DNA of 63,963 nucleotides, counting the filler, from Reticulomyxa filosa (Eukaryota; Protista; Foraminifera): the NCBI GenBank assembly GCA_000512085.1. It is 14 parts of 14 records of this genome, joined end to end, with 100 filler letters (N's around TTAATTAATTAA, not from the genome) between each part and the next. Parts side by side here need not be neighbours in the genome. Positions count along the whole stretch, not along the records: positions 1 to 16,301 come from ASPP01001986.1; 13 more parts are not named here. One strand, 5' to 3'. Under the pieces are notes generated by a model. It was not told the origin of the DNA. It did no database searches and saw only the letters and a list, made by a program, of their open reading frames with translations. The position numbers and the translations under genes are program-made. Positions 1-14,200 of the stretch are shown here, in pieces; position 1 is the first letter of the stretch, and every line of letters starts with the position of its first letter.

Positions 1-55
1 TTTTTAAAAAAAAAAAAATTTCCCCCCCCCCCCCCCCCCCTCCAAAAAAAAAAAG

Positions 56-3000
56 GATCGTTTGAAAGTGTTGGAAGCAGCGTTTGAGGAGTTCAAGCGA
101 CAGGACAAAGTACTGAAACAAAATGAGACGCCTGTGCGAAACATAATGAAAGCGGCGGCTTATGTGTCAAGGAAAGAAACAAAAAAGGAATATTACCCAA
201 CGAAACGAGCCAAAGTGTCATTATTCGACGATGACGACATGATGATGGAAAATACATATGCCCCGATGATGGAAGACACATATGCCCCGATGACAGAAGC
301 ATATGTCCCGATGATGAAAAACACATATGCCCCGATGAAGACCATTACCCCATTCGGTGGTCTTGTTGATAGCAATAACAACAACAACAATAACAATAAC
401 AATAACAATAACAATGACGACGACAAAGAAGCCCCTACACAAGAGTTTGTGGATGCCCCTTCCAAGGTGTGTTTATAATTTGTTGCAAATATGTTTATTT
501 ATTTATTTTTATTGTGTGGTAATAAAAATCCCAAAAAAAAAAAGACGATTGTGGAACTGCTTCGACCGTACGTGAATAAGCAACGACTACGACGAATGCA
601 AGCGGAGCACGAGCTGAGTCGCGGGAACGAGAAGAGCATCAACATGGCATACCACTTGCTGTCGGGGATGATGGGCGACGGACACCTGAAGACGCTGCGC
701 GAGGAGGTGGTATTGGAATTCGAAAAGTCGAATGTGACGAATGTGAGCGTGAGCGAAGGGGTGCAATTGAAGCTGAAAGCAAAGAACGTGAAGCATGTGT
801 TGGTGAAGGTGTATCGTATGAACAGCATGAACTATTTGAAAAAGTATTTGTCAGAAATTGCGAGTGACTTGAATTTGGAAGGATTGAACAGTTCGTTTGA
901 GGATAAAGAGATCAGTGTGGATCAAGGTGACAACGTATACGCCATCAAAACAGTGGAGGTGGACTTGCAGGACACATTGCGAAATCAAAGAGGATTGTTT
1001 TTCGTCGACTGCATCGGCAATGGCAAGCACTGTCGTGCGTTGATCCGAAAGGGTGATATCAAGTTTGTCGAGCGCACATGCAGCAGTGGGCATGTGTTTA
1101 CATTATATGATGAGTTGAACCAGGTGATCACAAGAGCAGGAGTGATTGTGGACGGCGTGCGTTACGAAAGTCAGGATAAGAGCGGTGAAGTGTTGGTGCC
1201 ATTTGATAGCAAGGCCACGACCCCTCAGGGCATCCCGAAGAAGATCATTCTGTACAACAAGGACTGGACTGAAGACACGAGCGTGCTGGGCGAGTTTGAT
1301 CACGCCGTGGAGAGCTACGAAGTGAATACATGTCTGTGGATGGAGCGCGAGCAAATGCTAGACAAGAATATCTGTCACGTGTTTATCAATTGCGCCCTGC
1401 GAATGACCGGCATCGTCACATCCATCGAGACTCTGCTGTGTCAATCATCTCTCGATGTGACCATGCACACGTCCGCTGGGGACAATGTCAAGATCAATCG
1501 CTCCTTTGCCAATCTCGAACTCGTCGACAACAAAGACTGCGTCGTCAAGTTTGTCATGCCGACAGAATGTCAGCGAGTCGAACTCAAATTCAAAACCAAG
1601 ATCAAAAAGCTAAACGGGTCTTTCGAAGACGTCGTCAAAACCAGAGCTTATGATCTCAATGACATTAACAAGACTGCTGATATCGCTTGTGCTCATCTCG
1701 TCCCTCTTTCCGCTGGTCGCCAATACCAAATCCTGATCTGCGGCAAAAACGGAGAGCCCTTGAAACAGGTCAAGTGCAGGGTGCATCTTCAACACTATCT
1801 GCATGCATCCCTGGCCTTGTTCGACTGCGTCACCGACGACCAGGGCGTCATCACTTTGACCAACATGCAGGGCGTTACTCAGATCAGTGTGTGCATTGTG
1901 TCGACCGGTCGCCAGCAACAGTGGTCCACCGGCTCGTGGTCACAGACGTTGTTCCATCAAAAATATCAGATTTTGGACAATCAGACATTGCGTATTCCTT
2001 TTTCTTTGTTTGACAATAATAACAATAACAATAACAATAATGAAGAAGAAGAAGATCTCACGCATATTCGCAAGTTGGTGTTAATGGACACATGGGGTGC
2101 CAACGACTACAGCGACAAGGTGTCGTATTCCGACGGCTATGTGACGATTAGCAAGTTGAAGCCAGGAGACTATATGCTCAGCTGCGACTTCCACAAGTGC
2201 GTGGTGTTTGTCTACGTGTGTCCGAGCGAATCTCCGAGTGTGGTGATCGAGACGAGCAACAAGGCCAGAATATGTTTGGATGACAGCAAGATCTTTGAGT
2301 TGAGTGAGTCGGAGACATTGCAAATCCAAAAAGTGGAGCAAAGAGGAAGAAAGAGAAAAGAAAAAGAAGAAAAAGAAAAGAAAAGAAAAAGAAGATGAAG
2401 AAATAATACGTATCGAATTGGACGGCGTGAATCAATGGACAAGAGTGCATGTGATCTCCACCAACTTTATGCCATCGTTCCCAGTATTAAACGAGCTGAA
2501 AACGTGCGGACTGTTTGAATGCGAGAGCGGTGAGTACAACAGCGTGCCGTCGCTGTATTGCAAAGGACGTGAGATCAGCGAGGAGTATCGCTACGTGCTG
2601 GAACGTGCCGGCGCGAACAAGTACATTGGTAACAACTTGCAAAAGCCGTCCTTGCTCGTGAGACCGTTCAGTGATCGCACCACCACGACGCAAGCGCAAG
2701 AGGCGAGAGCAGGGGGTGTGATTGAACACAAGCAATACAAACAGCGTCGTCAAATGACCAAGAGCTACTTGTCATTTTCGTCACATCCATCTGCGACTTC
2801 GGATGGTAGTTGGCCTGTGTTGGAGTTCCTGGCCAACTGCTCCGCATCGACGTACTTCAACTTGCAATGTAAGCAAGACGACGTGAATACCAAGCGCTGC
2901 TATGTCGAGTTGAATCGAGCACTGCTGCATCAACAACATCGCGTACTCACCGTTGTGGCTATGAACAATAAGTACTTTAGCGTGTATACGCACGTGCTCG

Positions 3001-6000
3001 GGGATGCAACTGCACGTAGAGATGTCAAGTATCGCGATGTTCGATTGTATCCGGGCTTGAATCCGCACAAACACTTTGTCGAACAACGACAGATCGATGT
3101 GTTGTTGACAGCGAAAGACAAGGTGGTGGTGGAGGACTTTAAGACGTCGCAGGCAGAGGTGTTTGAGAGTATCGAACATTTGTTCAGCTCATATCGATCG
3201 CTAACCAGAAACGACAAACTCAACGAGTGGACGTTCTTGTTCCAATGGAACACTCTCTCCCAAACTGACAAGCTCAATATCTTAAACAAGTTCTTCAGTC
3301 ATGAATTCAACTTGTTCATCTATTGCAAAGAAAGACAATTTTTCGACGCCTTTGTCAAACCTCTGATCGAAATGAAGGTCCACAAACAGGTCATCGACTA
3401 TTGGCTCTTGGGAGACAGTTCCAATCTTCGTCCTTATCTCGACATGGGCGTCTTTATGCAACTCAACGCATTGGAGAAGATCCTCCTCTGCTTTGCCTTC
3501 AAACACGAGTTCAAACACAAGTTCCGCAAATACTTTGCCGACAAACACGAGTCGATCAAATTCGACCCTTACCAATTCAAAACGCTTTTCGAATTCGCCT
3601 TGGCCGAACGCAATTTCGCCGATACGCAGACTTTGCCTCCCGAACAACCCATCTCGTTGTCCTCCTCCTCCTCCGCCGCCTTTCTTTTGCTCCAAGGCTT
3701 GCTAATCCCTACTCGGCTGGCGATATCTTCAGCGCTAGCTCGCTCACTACACGGAACATCAATGTTAAGTGGTCAATGCACCAGCCTTTTAGATTCCTTT
3801 TGAAATGTGAAACATAATACATATATTCATATACATACATATATGTATATATGTATGTATATAAACGCAAACAAAAACACTTTAGTATAACGCGCTTTCT
3901 GCTCAAGTGCCCATGATGCCTGTCTCTCAAAATAATCCCTTTTTAACTGCACAATCGCAGGGCATGGTAAGAAATAACTTACTTTGACTTCTGAAAAAAA
4001 ACGCACCGACAAAACCGAGTATGAACCAATGTATACGTTATACATACATCTAACATTTAAATCTCATATACATATATATGTATACATATATGTATACGTA
4101 TAAGATTTCGTGATTGCAAAAAAAAAAAAAAAAAAAAAAAGTCGGAGCGTACTTTGATCGCGATCTGCGATATCGCGAAATCGGACTCAAGTATTACGAG
4201 GAGCTGCAGAACACAAAAGAGTTCCAAGAGACGCAATACTACGGCATTGGATACGACAAGCCGACGCTGTCGCTGGTGCCGCTGAACCAATTTTGGTGCG
4301 ACTTTGCGAAACATGTGCTCACAGACGACACATTGATAGGTGTCAATGCGAGAAAGGCGTTTGTGTCGCAGTACTCTGCATTGCCGACGAGTTGTCTGAC
4401 AGAAATGGTGTTTGCATTGGCGGTATTGGAGTTGCCTTTGCAAACAAATGGCGAGACAGTGAAGCGCGATAAAAACTTTGAGACAATGACAATGGTGATA
4501 ACGAGTGAGGAGCCTTGCATTGTGCTGAGTAAGCAATTGCGCGAGACAAACGAAATATCGATCCGTGTGCAAGTGTCGCAGCATTACTTTGATCCAGAGG
4601 ATTTGTACGAAATGTTTGACGGCGAGCGAACGGATAAATTTGTGCGACCGGATAAGATGACACCGAGCAAGCGCTATGGATGTCGTGCGATCATTACCAA
4701 TGCTAGCAGCGCGCAAATTCGCAACGTGGAGGTATTATATCAAATCCCTATGGGCTCAATCCCGGTGAATGGAGGCAAGTGGACACATACGCAGTTTGAG
4801 ACGATTCCATCATACTCGTCCAAAATCATTGAGTTTTATTTTTATTTTCCGACAGTAGGTGAGTATACGCACTTCCCAGTGCAGATCAGTAAAAATGGAC
4901 AGATATTGGGACATTGCAGTGATAACAGCAAGATGGTGGTGTCCATTCCCACACACGACGTGCAGATCAATGAAGATAATTGGCCAGAGGTGGCGTCCAG
5001 TGGAGATCTCAAAACGGTGATCAAGTACTTGGAAAAGCATAACCTGAATGAGACCGACCTCGGACAGATGTATTACATGCTGCATGATAAGACCAACTAC
5101 GTGGCCATAATGGATCTGCTCGAGTCGAGACATCACTTTGACAATGAGGTATGGAGATTCTCTGTCATTCATCGCAATATCCGACACTTGGCTCACTACT
5201 TACAATGCAATACTACCGTCTTGCGACATGTGTTCGAACCTTACTTCAAATCCGAGTGGGGTTTTGTCTACGACGATCAATCCTTGGGAAATCACTTCAC
5301 TACTCATTTGGAATATTTCCCTCTTATCAATTCTCGCAGTCACAAACTCGGCACTCAAAAGAAAATCCTCAATGGAGACTTGCGGAATACGTATACTACC
5401 TATCTACGTCGCATGTGCTATGTCAGCGTCGATCTCAAGCACATGCAGTGGCTCGATTTGATGCGCGGCTGCTACTACCTGCTGCTGCAAGATAGGATCA
5501 GCGAGAGCCAGTTCCTGTTCCGCGAGCTGATCGAAAAGGAGCAAAGCACGCTCAAAACAAAGTATGCCATGCAGTATGATTACATGCGCGCGTATCTGAG
5601 TCTGGTCGACGAAAAGGACGAAACGTGCGAAATCGTCCAGCAAGTATGCGACAAATATGTCAACGCAAAGACATTGCCCATCAACAAGCAACGTCTCTTT
5701 GAAGATATGCGACGACAAATGATCGACATGTATGCCAATACGAATGTTAATACTAATGCTAATGTCAAAGAGGGTCAAGTTGATAACAACAATGCCAAGA
5801 TAAAGTCCGAAGAGGGAAAACAAGGAGATATCGAAATGAGTACAGATAAAGATAAAGATAAAGATAAAGATAGTGGTGATGGAGATGATACTCTTGGCAA
5901 AAGGGAACGTCGCATGGAAAGACATGCCTCCAACGAACCGTCAATCGATTTTGAAATCGAAAATCGACAACTCGTCTTCCAGTACTCGAAGATTGACTCG

Positions 6001-6552
6001 GCTCGCGTCAACTTTTATCGCATGGATATTGAACTGCTGTTCTCCATGTCTCCGTTTTTAAGTCGGGGCCAAATGGATGCCTCGCAAAACGTGTTTTCGT
6101 TCATTCAACCCAATGCGTCCACCAATATCAAGTTCCCTGCAAATCACTCCAACATTCCCAAGTCTTACACCACCGGCATACCCAAATCATTACTCAACAC
6201 CAACATGTACTGCGAAGTTGTTGTCACCAGTCCTTCCACCTATTCCAGCTCCAACTCCTTGTCTCAGACCTTTTATGATCATCGCTTGCTAGTCCAGATC
6301 AAGGAGAGGTTCGGACAACTCAAGGTCTTGGACAAAGAGACAAAGAGGCCCTTGCAAAAGTGCTATGTCAAGGTATATGCGCGTGTCAATGGCTGTCCAA
6401 AGTTCCATAAAGATGGATATACTGACCGTGGTGGTGTCTTTGACTATGTCAGTGTCAGTTGCAACCATCTCACTTGCACTGACAAGTTTGCCATTTTGGT
6501 CAGTTCTGAAGAGCGTGGTGCTGTCGTTCAAACTGTAAATGCACCACAATAA
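56..6552 (+). CDS. Very large (~2,000 aa) multi-exon uncharacterised protein, possibly Dictyostelium AbpF-like with macroglobulin-like beta domains; 5' incomplete
   Basis: Colinear ORFs 62-478, 491-2398, 2304-3803 and 4114-6552. GT..AG intron 467-544 and a further intron ending at 4141 (aaaaag|TCGGAG). Frame switch in a purine-rich tract at ~2340-2395. C-terminal motif YVKVYAR...FHKDGYTDRGGVFDYVSVS; the family assignment is from recollection of this motif and is not verified. Confidence 0.6.
244..340 (+). repeat. Coding minisatellite, ~4 copies of 21-24 bp (MMENTYAP-like)
   Basis: Repeated atgatggaaaatacatatgccccg-like units. Confidence 0.75.
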
Positions 6553-7078
6553 TTTTTTTTGTTTGTTTAAAATCATTTTCTTTCATTTTCTTTCCTCGTT
6601 TCTGAGGACAGAGTCAGTCCAATGAGTCTTATACAGATTATGAACGTGATAAATCATCCTTTCATCACTCAAAACACAAATAATGCATCTCATTATATCT
6701 ATTCACACCTTTTTCGCTGAAGCTATTCATTCTTTTTCGTATTTTAAAGTCAAAAGTGTTTTTCTTCCGTTCTACATAAAGGGCTGTCTATGCAAGTGAA
6801 TTTTAGAATATTCATTTCAAAAAAATTGTGCAAAACGAATACTCTGCCTACGTATACATGGGGTGAGGAAAAAAAGAGAATATCAATATTTGTATTGTTG
6901 TCTTCCGATAAATGAAAATAATAATGAACTTTATTATCAAGAATAATATCATTTTAAAAAATATTATCTGAATTTTTTTATTACTTTTTGATTTAATAAT
7001 GAAGTTTAATCAAAAAAACTGTAGAAGACTTTTTTTCCTCATTTTGGTACAAAGCAAGCTGATTCTGAAACTGTAAGA

Positions 7079-7894
7079 TTGACAAATGCAGGTGATGTAC
7101 CCACTACAATTCATAATGTGGAGATGACCACACAATCGTCAAATCAAAATTCCAAAGTGGATGAGAATGAAGTCAAGAACGAAAATAAAAGTGAGAATAC
7201 AAATGCACATCGCAATCTATCATCTTCTCCTCCCTCAGTTGATCCATTAGTTGCTTTTCGAATGTGGTGTGATGTCCGTTTGCAACTTCTTATTGGCATT
7301 ACTTTTTATAGTGGTTATTTATTTATTTTTTTTAATTAAAAAAATAAATAAATAAATAACAATTAATTTTAAAAAAAAAAGGTCTTTCTCAAGCATTTGA
7401 ATTTGGTGAATTTCCTACTTTAATTAAAAATAATTCATTAAAGTTTTATACATTATCAATATTTGGATTAACAAATTCGTTATTTAGTTATATATTTGGC
7501 TACATAAGTGATTCATGGGGTCGATTACCAGTATTATTAATGGCTATTGGTAGTCATGCAATGGTGTATAATTTTTTTTTTTGTACCATCCTCCACAATC
7601 TGAGATATATCTTTATTTCATTGTTGCTAATTTTTAGCAATTGGTGATGCTGGATTTAATACACAACTCAGTGCTTTATTCCCTATGTTGTTATCTAGAA
7701 AACCTGAAACGTTTGCTAATTTTAAATTTTTTCAATCTTTGGCATCCACTTGGGGATTTATTTGGCATATTTATGTCTCCTTTTCTACCAAACTCATAAC
7801 ATATTTTTTAATTTTATTTGTGGCCACTGTCATCCTTTTTTCCTCTTCTCAAGTTAGAAACTCTCTCAAGGCTGTTTCTTCATCATCGGTTTAG
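7079..7894 (+). CDS. UNC-93-like/MFSD11 MFS membrane protein, C-terminal half (partial or degenerate)
   Basis: Splicing out intron 7314-7381 gives LLIGITFYSGLSQAFEFGEFP...FGYISDSWGRLPV...LAIGDAGFNTQLSALF...FANFKFFQSLAS. There is a frame irregularity near the poly-T at ~7575 and no N-terminal half is evident. Confidence 0.65.
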
Positions 7895-8201
7895 CTTTTG
7901 AGTCTTGTTGTATTCTTTTTTTTCAAACAAATAATCGCGTTGTGTATACAAATTGATTAAATTCATTTTTCTTAATTTGAAGATAATTAAAATTTTTAAA
8001 TCTGAGAAAGTACATAAAAAAAGATAGCAATTGAAATTATTAATCGTTTAGACTGTTTAAATTAATCATTAATGGAAAAAGAAGTACGAAAAACGCAATA
8101 CTGACAATATTCAATTCATTCGCTTTTTATCTCATATATTTTTAATGTGACAAAGTAATGCAATTTTTCAAATTAAAAAAACATCACACACACAATAGCG
8201 T

Positions 8202-11200
8202 TCATCTCAGTCCAATCAACAATTCAATCCAATTATCTTTGGTTTCATTCAATTTGTCTTTGATTTCTGGAAACAAAGAATCAATTTGAATTAATTTTTT
8301 AAATTCGGCCCTAGTTTGGCAAGTGAGCCATTCCTCATTTAGAGTTTTTAGCAATGCCTCCAATTCTTTCAATATATCATCCAAACAACATCTACAATTA
8401 ATTCCTACGAGATCTACACAATCTGCACAACTTCCAGTGTTGAATATATCAATAGCACCTGATTCTGACAGCAATACATCGCGAGATTTTTTGAAGATTT
8501 CTTGCAGTGCGTCAATCAATTTAAAAAAGATGAAAATTGGTCGTACAAGTCTATTGATACGAGAATCATACCATTTGTAAGCGTTTGGTGGAAATGATAA
8601 TGGTGTGTTCAGTTGAACACATGCATCACAGAAGAATTGCGTATTTGGAATTGCATGAATTTTGTTTTTAGATGAAGCATCAGTGCACTTCCAATACATC
8701 GCTTTGTCTCTTTCTTCTTGAATAAGTTGTTTACAGCGACCACAAATGATGGTAATATCTTGTGTAATATCATTCAATTCAGTGTCTTTGACCTTTTTCA
8801 AAGCGGCTCCACAGATGCATTCACGCTGTTTTTTCAATGAACACAAACAGTTAACATGTTACCAATCTCTTTGAAGCAACAACAAAAAAAATTTATACTA
8901 ACTTTATTTTCTGTAGAAGGTTTTGTTTCTAGCTCTGTTTCAATTGTTTTTTTCTCTGCTATTGTATCTTCTGTTTTCATTTCCAACGAATCTTTTGAAA
9001 TGGAGGTGTCTTCTACATCAACTTTATATTGGTCCATGTTATCCTTGGCATCCATTAAAGTATGTTTAATAAATTTGATTAATAAATCACCTTTGCATTG
9101 ATGCCATTGTGACAACGGCAACAACAGCAGTGACTCAGCCCAAATTACCTCAATAATATCCAGATTATACCAATCATTTTTATTTTCGCCTTCCAGCTCC
9201 ATTCCATTGTCATGCAAAACCAACAATTCAGACAAATCCGGTACGATTTGAGTCAATCGATAGTTCAAAGTATTTTGTACACTTAATCGATCTTTTGCGG
9301 TTAATTTTTGATTATATTCATGTACAGCAATTTGGACTAAAACGGGTAACAGTTTTAAGTTTGACAATTGTCCACCGCTAGTAAACGATTCTTCATAAGC
9401 AAATTTGCCTAACAAAGTACGAACATCTTCAACTACTACATCAAATAGTTTTCGATCATACTGCTCAAAGCCGGATACTCCACTCAAATTCCAGTAACGA
9501 CTCACTTCATTACTATAGTGATTGTCTGTTGATGAAGAGATTTTGGGTGTTGTTTTATCTACATGAGTAGATTGGATTGGTAACAGATTGTTACACGGCA
9601 TCTGACCATTACGTAATTGAGCACCATCCCATTCTTTCTTTGGAGGTTTCAGTGCCTTATCTCCTCGGTATGCCTTTCGTTTATTTTGGTTATATATTAT
9701 TTAAATCCCTTCAAAGTCTTCTTTTTTGAAATATATATATATATTTTTCTTACATTTTGATGACAGGTAAAGTGAATCAAATTAAAACAAGAAACCGTGC
9801 TCAACGAACAACTCATGACTGGATTTGCTTCGAGATTGTCAGTCAAGTTTGCATGCAGCAGACTTGGAGGCAAAGATTGTTGTACTCTTTGTAAAACGTA
9901 TACTCCCAATAATTCTGTTGGTTTGAAATGATATCCTTCATGACACACCATACACTTTAACTCTGATGGTTCATCCTAAACATAGATTCGATTAAGTTTT
10001 ATTTATTATGACAAACAAAATAGTTGATGTATTTTCTAAAAATATGTACACATAAGACACAGAGAAAGAACAAATTATACCGTTATTAAATCAGATGATT
10101 TTCCTAAAATTTTTTTGGAAATATTTTTCTTTGGCTTTGAGATTTTTTTCAACATTTTATTACGTTTTTCCAAAGCTTTCTTTTTTTTCATTTCCTCTGT
10201 TTCTTTTCGTAACGATAATACTTTCTTGGCAATTGTCTCATTGTGATACATCAATGCTTCTAACAACGTCTCTGCCATCGGACCAACTCTATTCTCTGTC
10301 GACACTTTTTCAATCGCATGCAATACAGGTATAATTTCCAGCTCCAATGCCAAGTTTTGAGATTCGTTGTGGCCTCTGACAAATCCAGTCAAAATCTGCA
10401 ATATCATAGGCAAGCCATGTGCATTATCGTTAATCAACTGAGTCTGCTCGGTTTGTTTCAATGACAATAAATTACCAAACACGTCCGCCAAATGCGACAT
10501 ACACGCAGCTAATAGTCCTTCATTTAATGCTGCGTCACGAATGACTTTAAATGGATCTTCACAACTATCAAATACGAGTGTAGATTTTCCCAACGTATCG
10601 CAAAGGATTAAGAACGATTTCACGTAAAACTCTGTTTCCTTTATTTATTTGTGCCCATTTATTGTCTTACATATCTTATTTTATTTAACATGCACACAAA
10701 CACATACCGGTTTTTTTTCTAAAGCTGAATTGGTGCGATATTTCTGAATGAACGCCGAAAAAAAATCTAAGAGCTCATGTGCCAATTCGGGATCTCCATT
10801 GACGAGATATGGACATATCTCCATCATGTACCGAACAATCAGCTCTGTGTTTTGAGTACTAGAGTCAGTGTTTTTCTCAGCATCCGCCATCTCAGCTTGG
10901 ATGTGTGGATGCGATAAACACGTTAAAAATTTCGACAATTTTTCAGTGTTACTGCTCGAGTCGAATTCTCTTATCACTGTTGGCAACTTTGACAACATTG
11001 AATGGTTATTTGATTGCGTGTTCATGCTTGTGTCTGGCCATTCCCTTGAAGGTAGTTCTTCTTTGGAGTCTTTTTCTTCTTTCCACTCTTTTTTCATCCT
11101 TTTCATCTTTTTCATCCTTTTCTTCTTTTTCATTTTGTTCTCGCCTAGATTTTTTCATTTGGACTGCTGATCGAACGTCTTTCATTTCCACATCATTTGC

Positions 11201-14200
11201 TCCAGTTTTTGCTATTTGATTGCTTTCCAACGCCATAACTTCCCTTTCATGTAAAATTGTTTTTAAGATCTGCAGTAAATGTTTGGCCATGGAAATGGTC
11301 TCTGGCGATTTCAGTGCTTCAATAGTCGCAGGCATTAGTGTCATGACAGCATTGTGTTTCAATAACAGCGAACGCCGATTCACTTGCAACTTACAACAGT
11401 AATCCAATACTTTCAACAACAGATTGACCAATTGTCTTTCAATGTCTTTGGTCGATATGTGTTGCAGACTGGTGAATGCTTGCAATATGATTCGCAGACC
11501 GTCATATTCATCCAGTGATCTCAAACACGAAAACTCCACTTCGGGGTCATTCACTCCACCACCGTGGTCATCTTTTAGAGAATTGATCACATCTTCCGTG
11601 GCTTCACCATTCAATCCTCGCAATCGATACACGACCGGCATTGGTCCAAAGTCTTGCGAGCTGCACGTAACGCCATTGTCTTCGTTGTCGTCATATTCAT
11701 CTTTCTGGTTTTCGCTTTGGCGTTTCTTGAAAAACTATTGACAATCGACAACAACGACAACGACAAACAAAAATAATAAAAATATCACATTGGGATAAAT
11801 ATTGAATGTTTATGTGTACCTTTTCATAGACGTCGACAATAGGTAAATCCAATGAAATAATGCAATTGTCTACCAATAATTCAATCATTTCCGGCGGGAT
11901 TGCCAACTCGCAGTCGGAAATGATCTTTTCTACCAAATGTTTCATCAACGGTCCTGGAAATTGATCAGACGAATAAGGATTCTTACGCATGGCCCCGCCA
12001 ATGAAATCTTCCTGTTGTCTGTCCTTCTTCAGATGAACATGGACTACCTGTGCTTTCGGTTCAGGTTTGATCACATTGCACAAATGTTTCAATATGAAGA
12101 TTTGCATTCTTCTTTCATTTGAGGCCGCCTTAAACGTTTCGATGTGAGCTTTTATTAACTGCAATTTGTCTTGTTGTGTGGTTGTGAATACACGTTCCAT
12201 CAGCTCTGACAAGATTGTCGCGCAGTCGTCAGATAACTTGGAGCGTTGTAAGACCAAACACTATTTGTGGAAAGTGATATACACACACACACACACATAC
12301 AATGCTTTGCAATAATTCTAACAACCCTCTTTCCTTCTTGCCCTTTGTTCATGACATATGAATCACAAACACTAAACTTTTAACCGTACTGCTGCATTGA
12401 GCACACTGTGCACCAACAACTGATCTTGTTTAAAATACTTGACAATTGCTGGGACATTCATAAAGTCTTTGAAGAGCGTGCAAAAGCCGAACAACACTTG
12501 TGGTGACGAAAACTTGTTGCCACAGTCGACAATTTGTGTCATGTCTTGTCTCAAAAATTGGTCTTGAATGTGCCACTCTTCTGCTTCTTTGGATATTAAC
12601 TGAATGATCAATTGGAACACTCCAATCACAGTCAAGTATTGCCTATTGTCTGTCTTCGACAGCAGCCGTCCAAATAAGTCAAAGTATTCCGTTGCATACG
12701 CACCATTGTCACGATGCAAACATTCTTCGTCCAACAGCAACTCCGACAGCACATTCAAAAACACTAACAATCTTGGGACATGATCATTCTTGCACAGCAA
12801 ACTTAGCAACGCGCACCATTGTTGTCGTAGCGCTCGTGAGATGGGGTTGAATAGCCATTGACGTAACCAGTTGGGTCTCGAAACTAATGCGATGACACTC
12901 TGCTTTTCCATCGGTTTTTTTTCTTTTTCCATTTCCAAACATTTCTCCACATAAGGAGTAAACAGGTCTTGTGTCGACTCCGTTTTTTGCAACATTACTT
13001 TTTGGAGGGCGTGTACGTTCGTGAACTGGACCAGCTCTTGTCCCGCAAACATTTGGAATTCCCTTCTGCCAATGTTGCCAATTTGTAAATCGGCCAACCA
13101 TTGTGCAAAGATAGTCAATTTGTCCTCTTTTGTCGGTGTCTCTGCCAATGCAGAGGTGGTCAGTTCCAAGGCGGGAATAGAATCAGGTCTCTTGGCTTGG
13201 CCCGAAGATATGCCTTGCATCAGGGTCGACGACGATGTGGACAAGCCTTTTTTGGTCCTTTCGCGACGAGACGGGCTAGGTCGTTTGCTGGCGAAATGAG
13301 GGGACTTCTTCGCAGAAAGAGGACCACTTCCGATGTTTGATCCTAATCGACCCGATGGCTCCGCTCGACGATGTGGAATTTTCCCTGCATTTGTAAGCGC
13401 TGGTTGGCGAGGAATCAAGTCTTCCAATTTCAAAATCACACGCAACACAGGCAACACCACTTCATTGATAACCAACTCTGATGAGTTTGCATGTTCCGAG
13501 GCGTAAAAGAAGATGGAAAACAGGCATATCAAACGGTCTTTCCATACTTGTTTGGAAAGGATTTCATCAAAGTAACGCCCTTGCAAATCTGGTGTCATTG
13601 CAATGGTAGGATATATGCCCGCAGGTGCAATGTTCTTTGCATCTCCGGTTGATTGCAGAATCTGTCTTGCAAAGGGCGCGGAAGAAGAAGAAGATGATGA
13701 TGATGAGGAAGAGGATGCTGAAACTGATGCTGACGACATCGACGACGACGATGGTCGATAGAAAACCATTCGTGCGTCCACTGCCATTCGACGAGTAACA
13801 TCTTTTCTCAAATAGTTAACGGTCTTTTCAAACGTTGCTAACATCACGCCAATGTAACGTTGTAACGGTTTTGAATATTCCCACGAATTGCCAACTTTGG
13901 AGACTTGAGAGATACATGCGATCAGCTCGTCATATAACAACTTTCCAATGAGACTATCTGTAAACGTACTTTGCGATAGCAGCTGACACACAATCTCTCT
14001 ATACAAGCCACACAACACAGATAAAAGGCTTGGCTGCTCGAGCGAACAACATTAGCTTGTTTATGAAATGGATTACAGAACTTGGCTGTATTGTAACAGT
14101 TTGGATATGGTTCATGCAGCATTTGAATTACAAATTGAGCCATGGCGGAATCGCTTTGCATACACTCTCGAATGATCGGCACTCTGGCCAGGGACGACAT

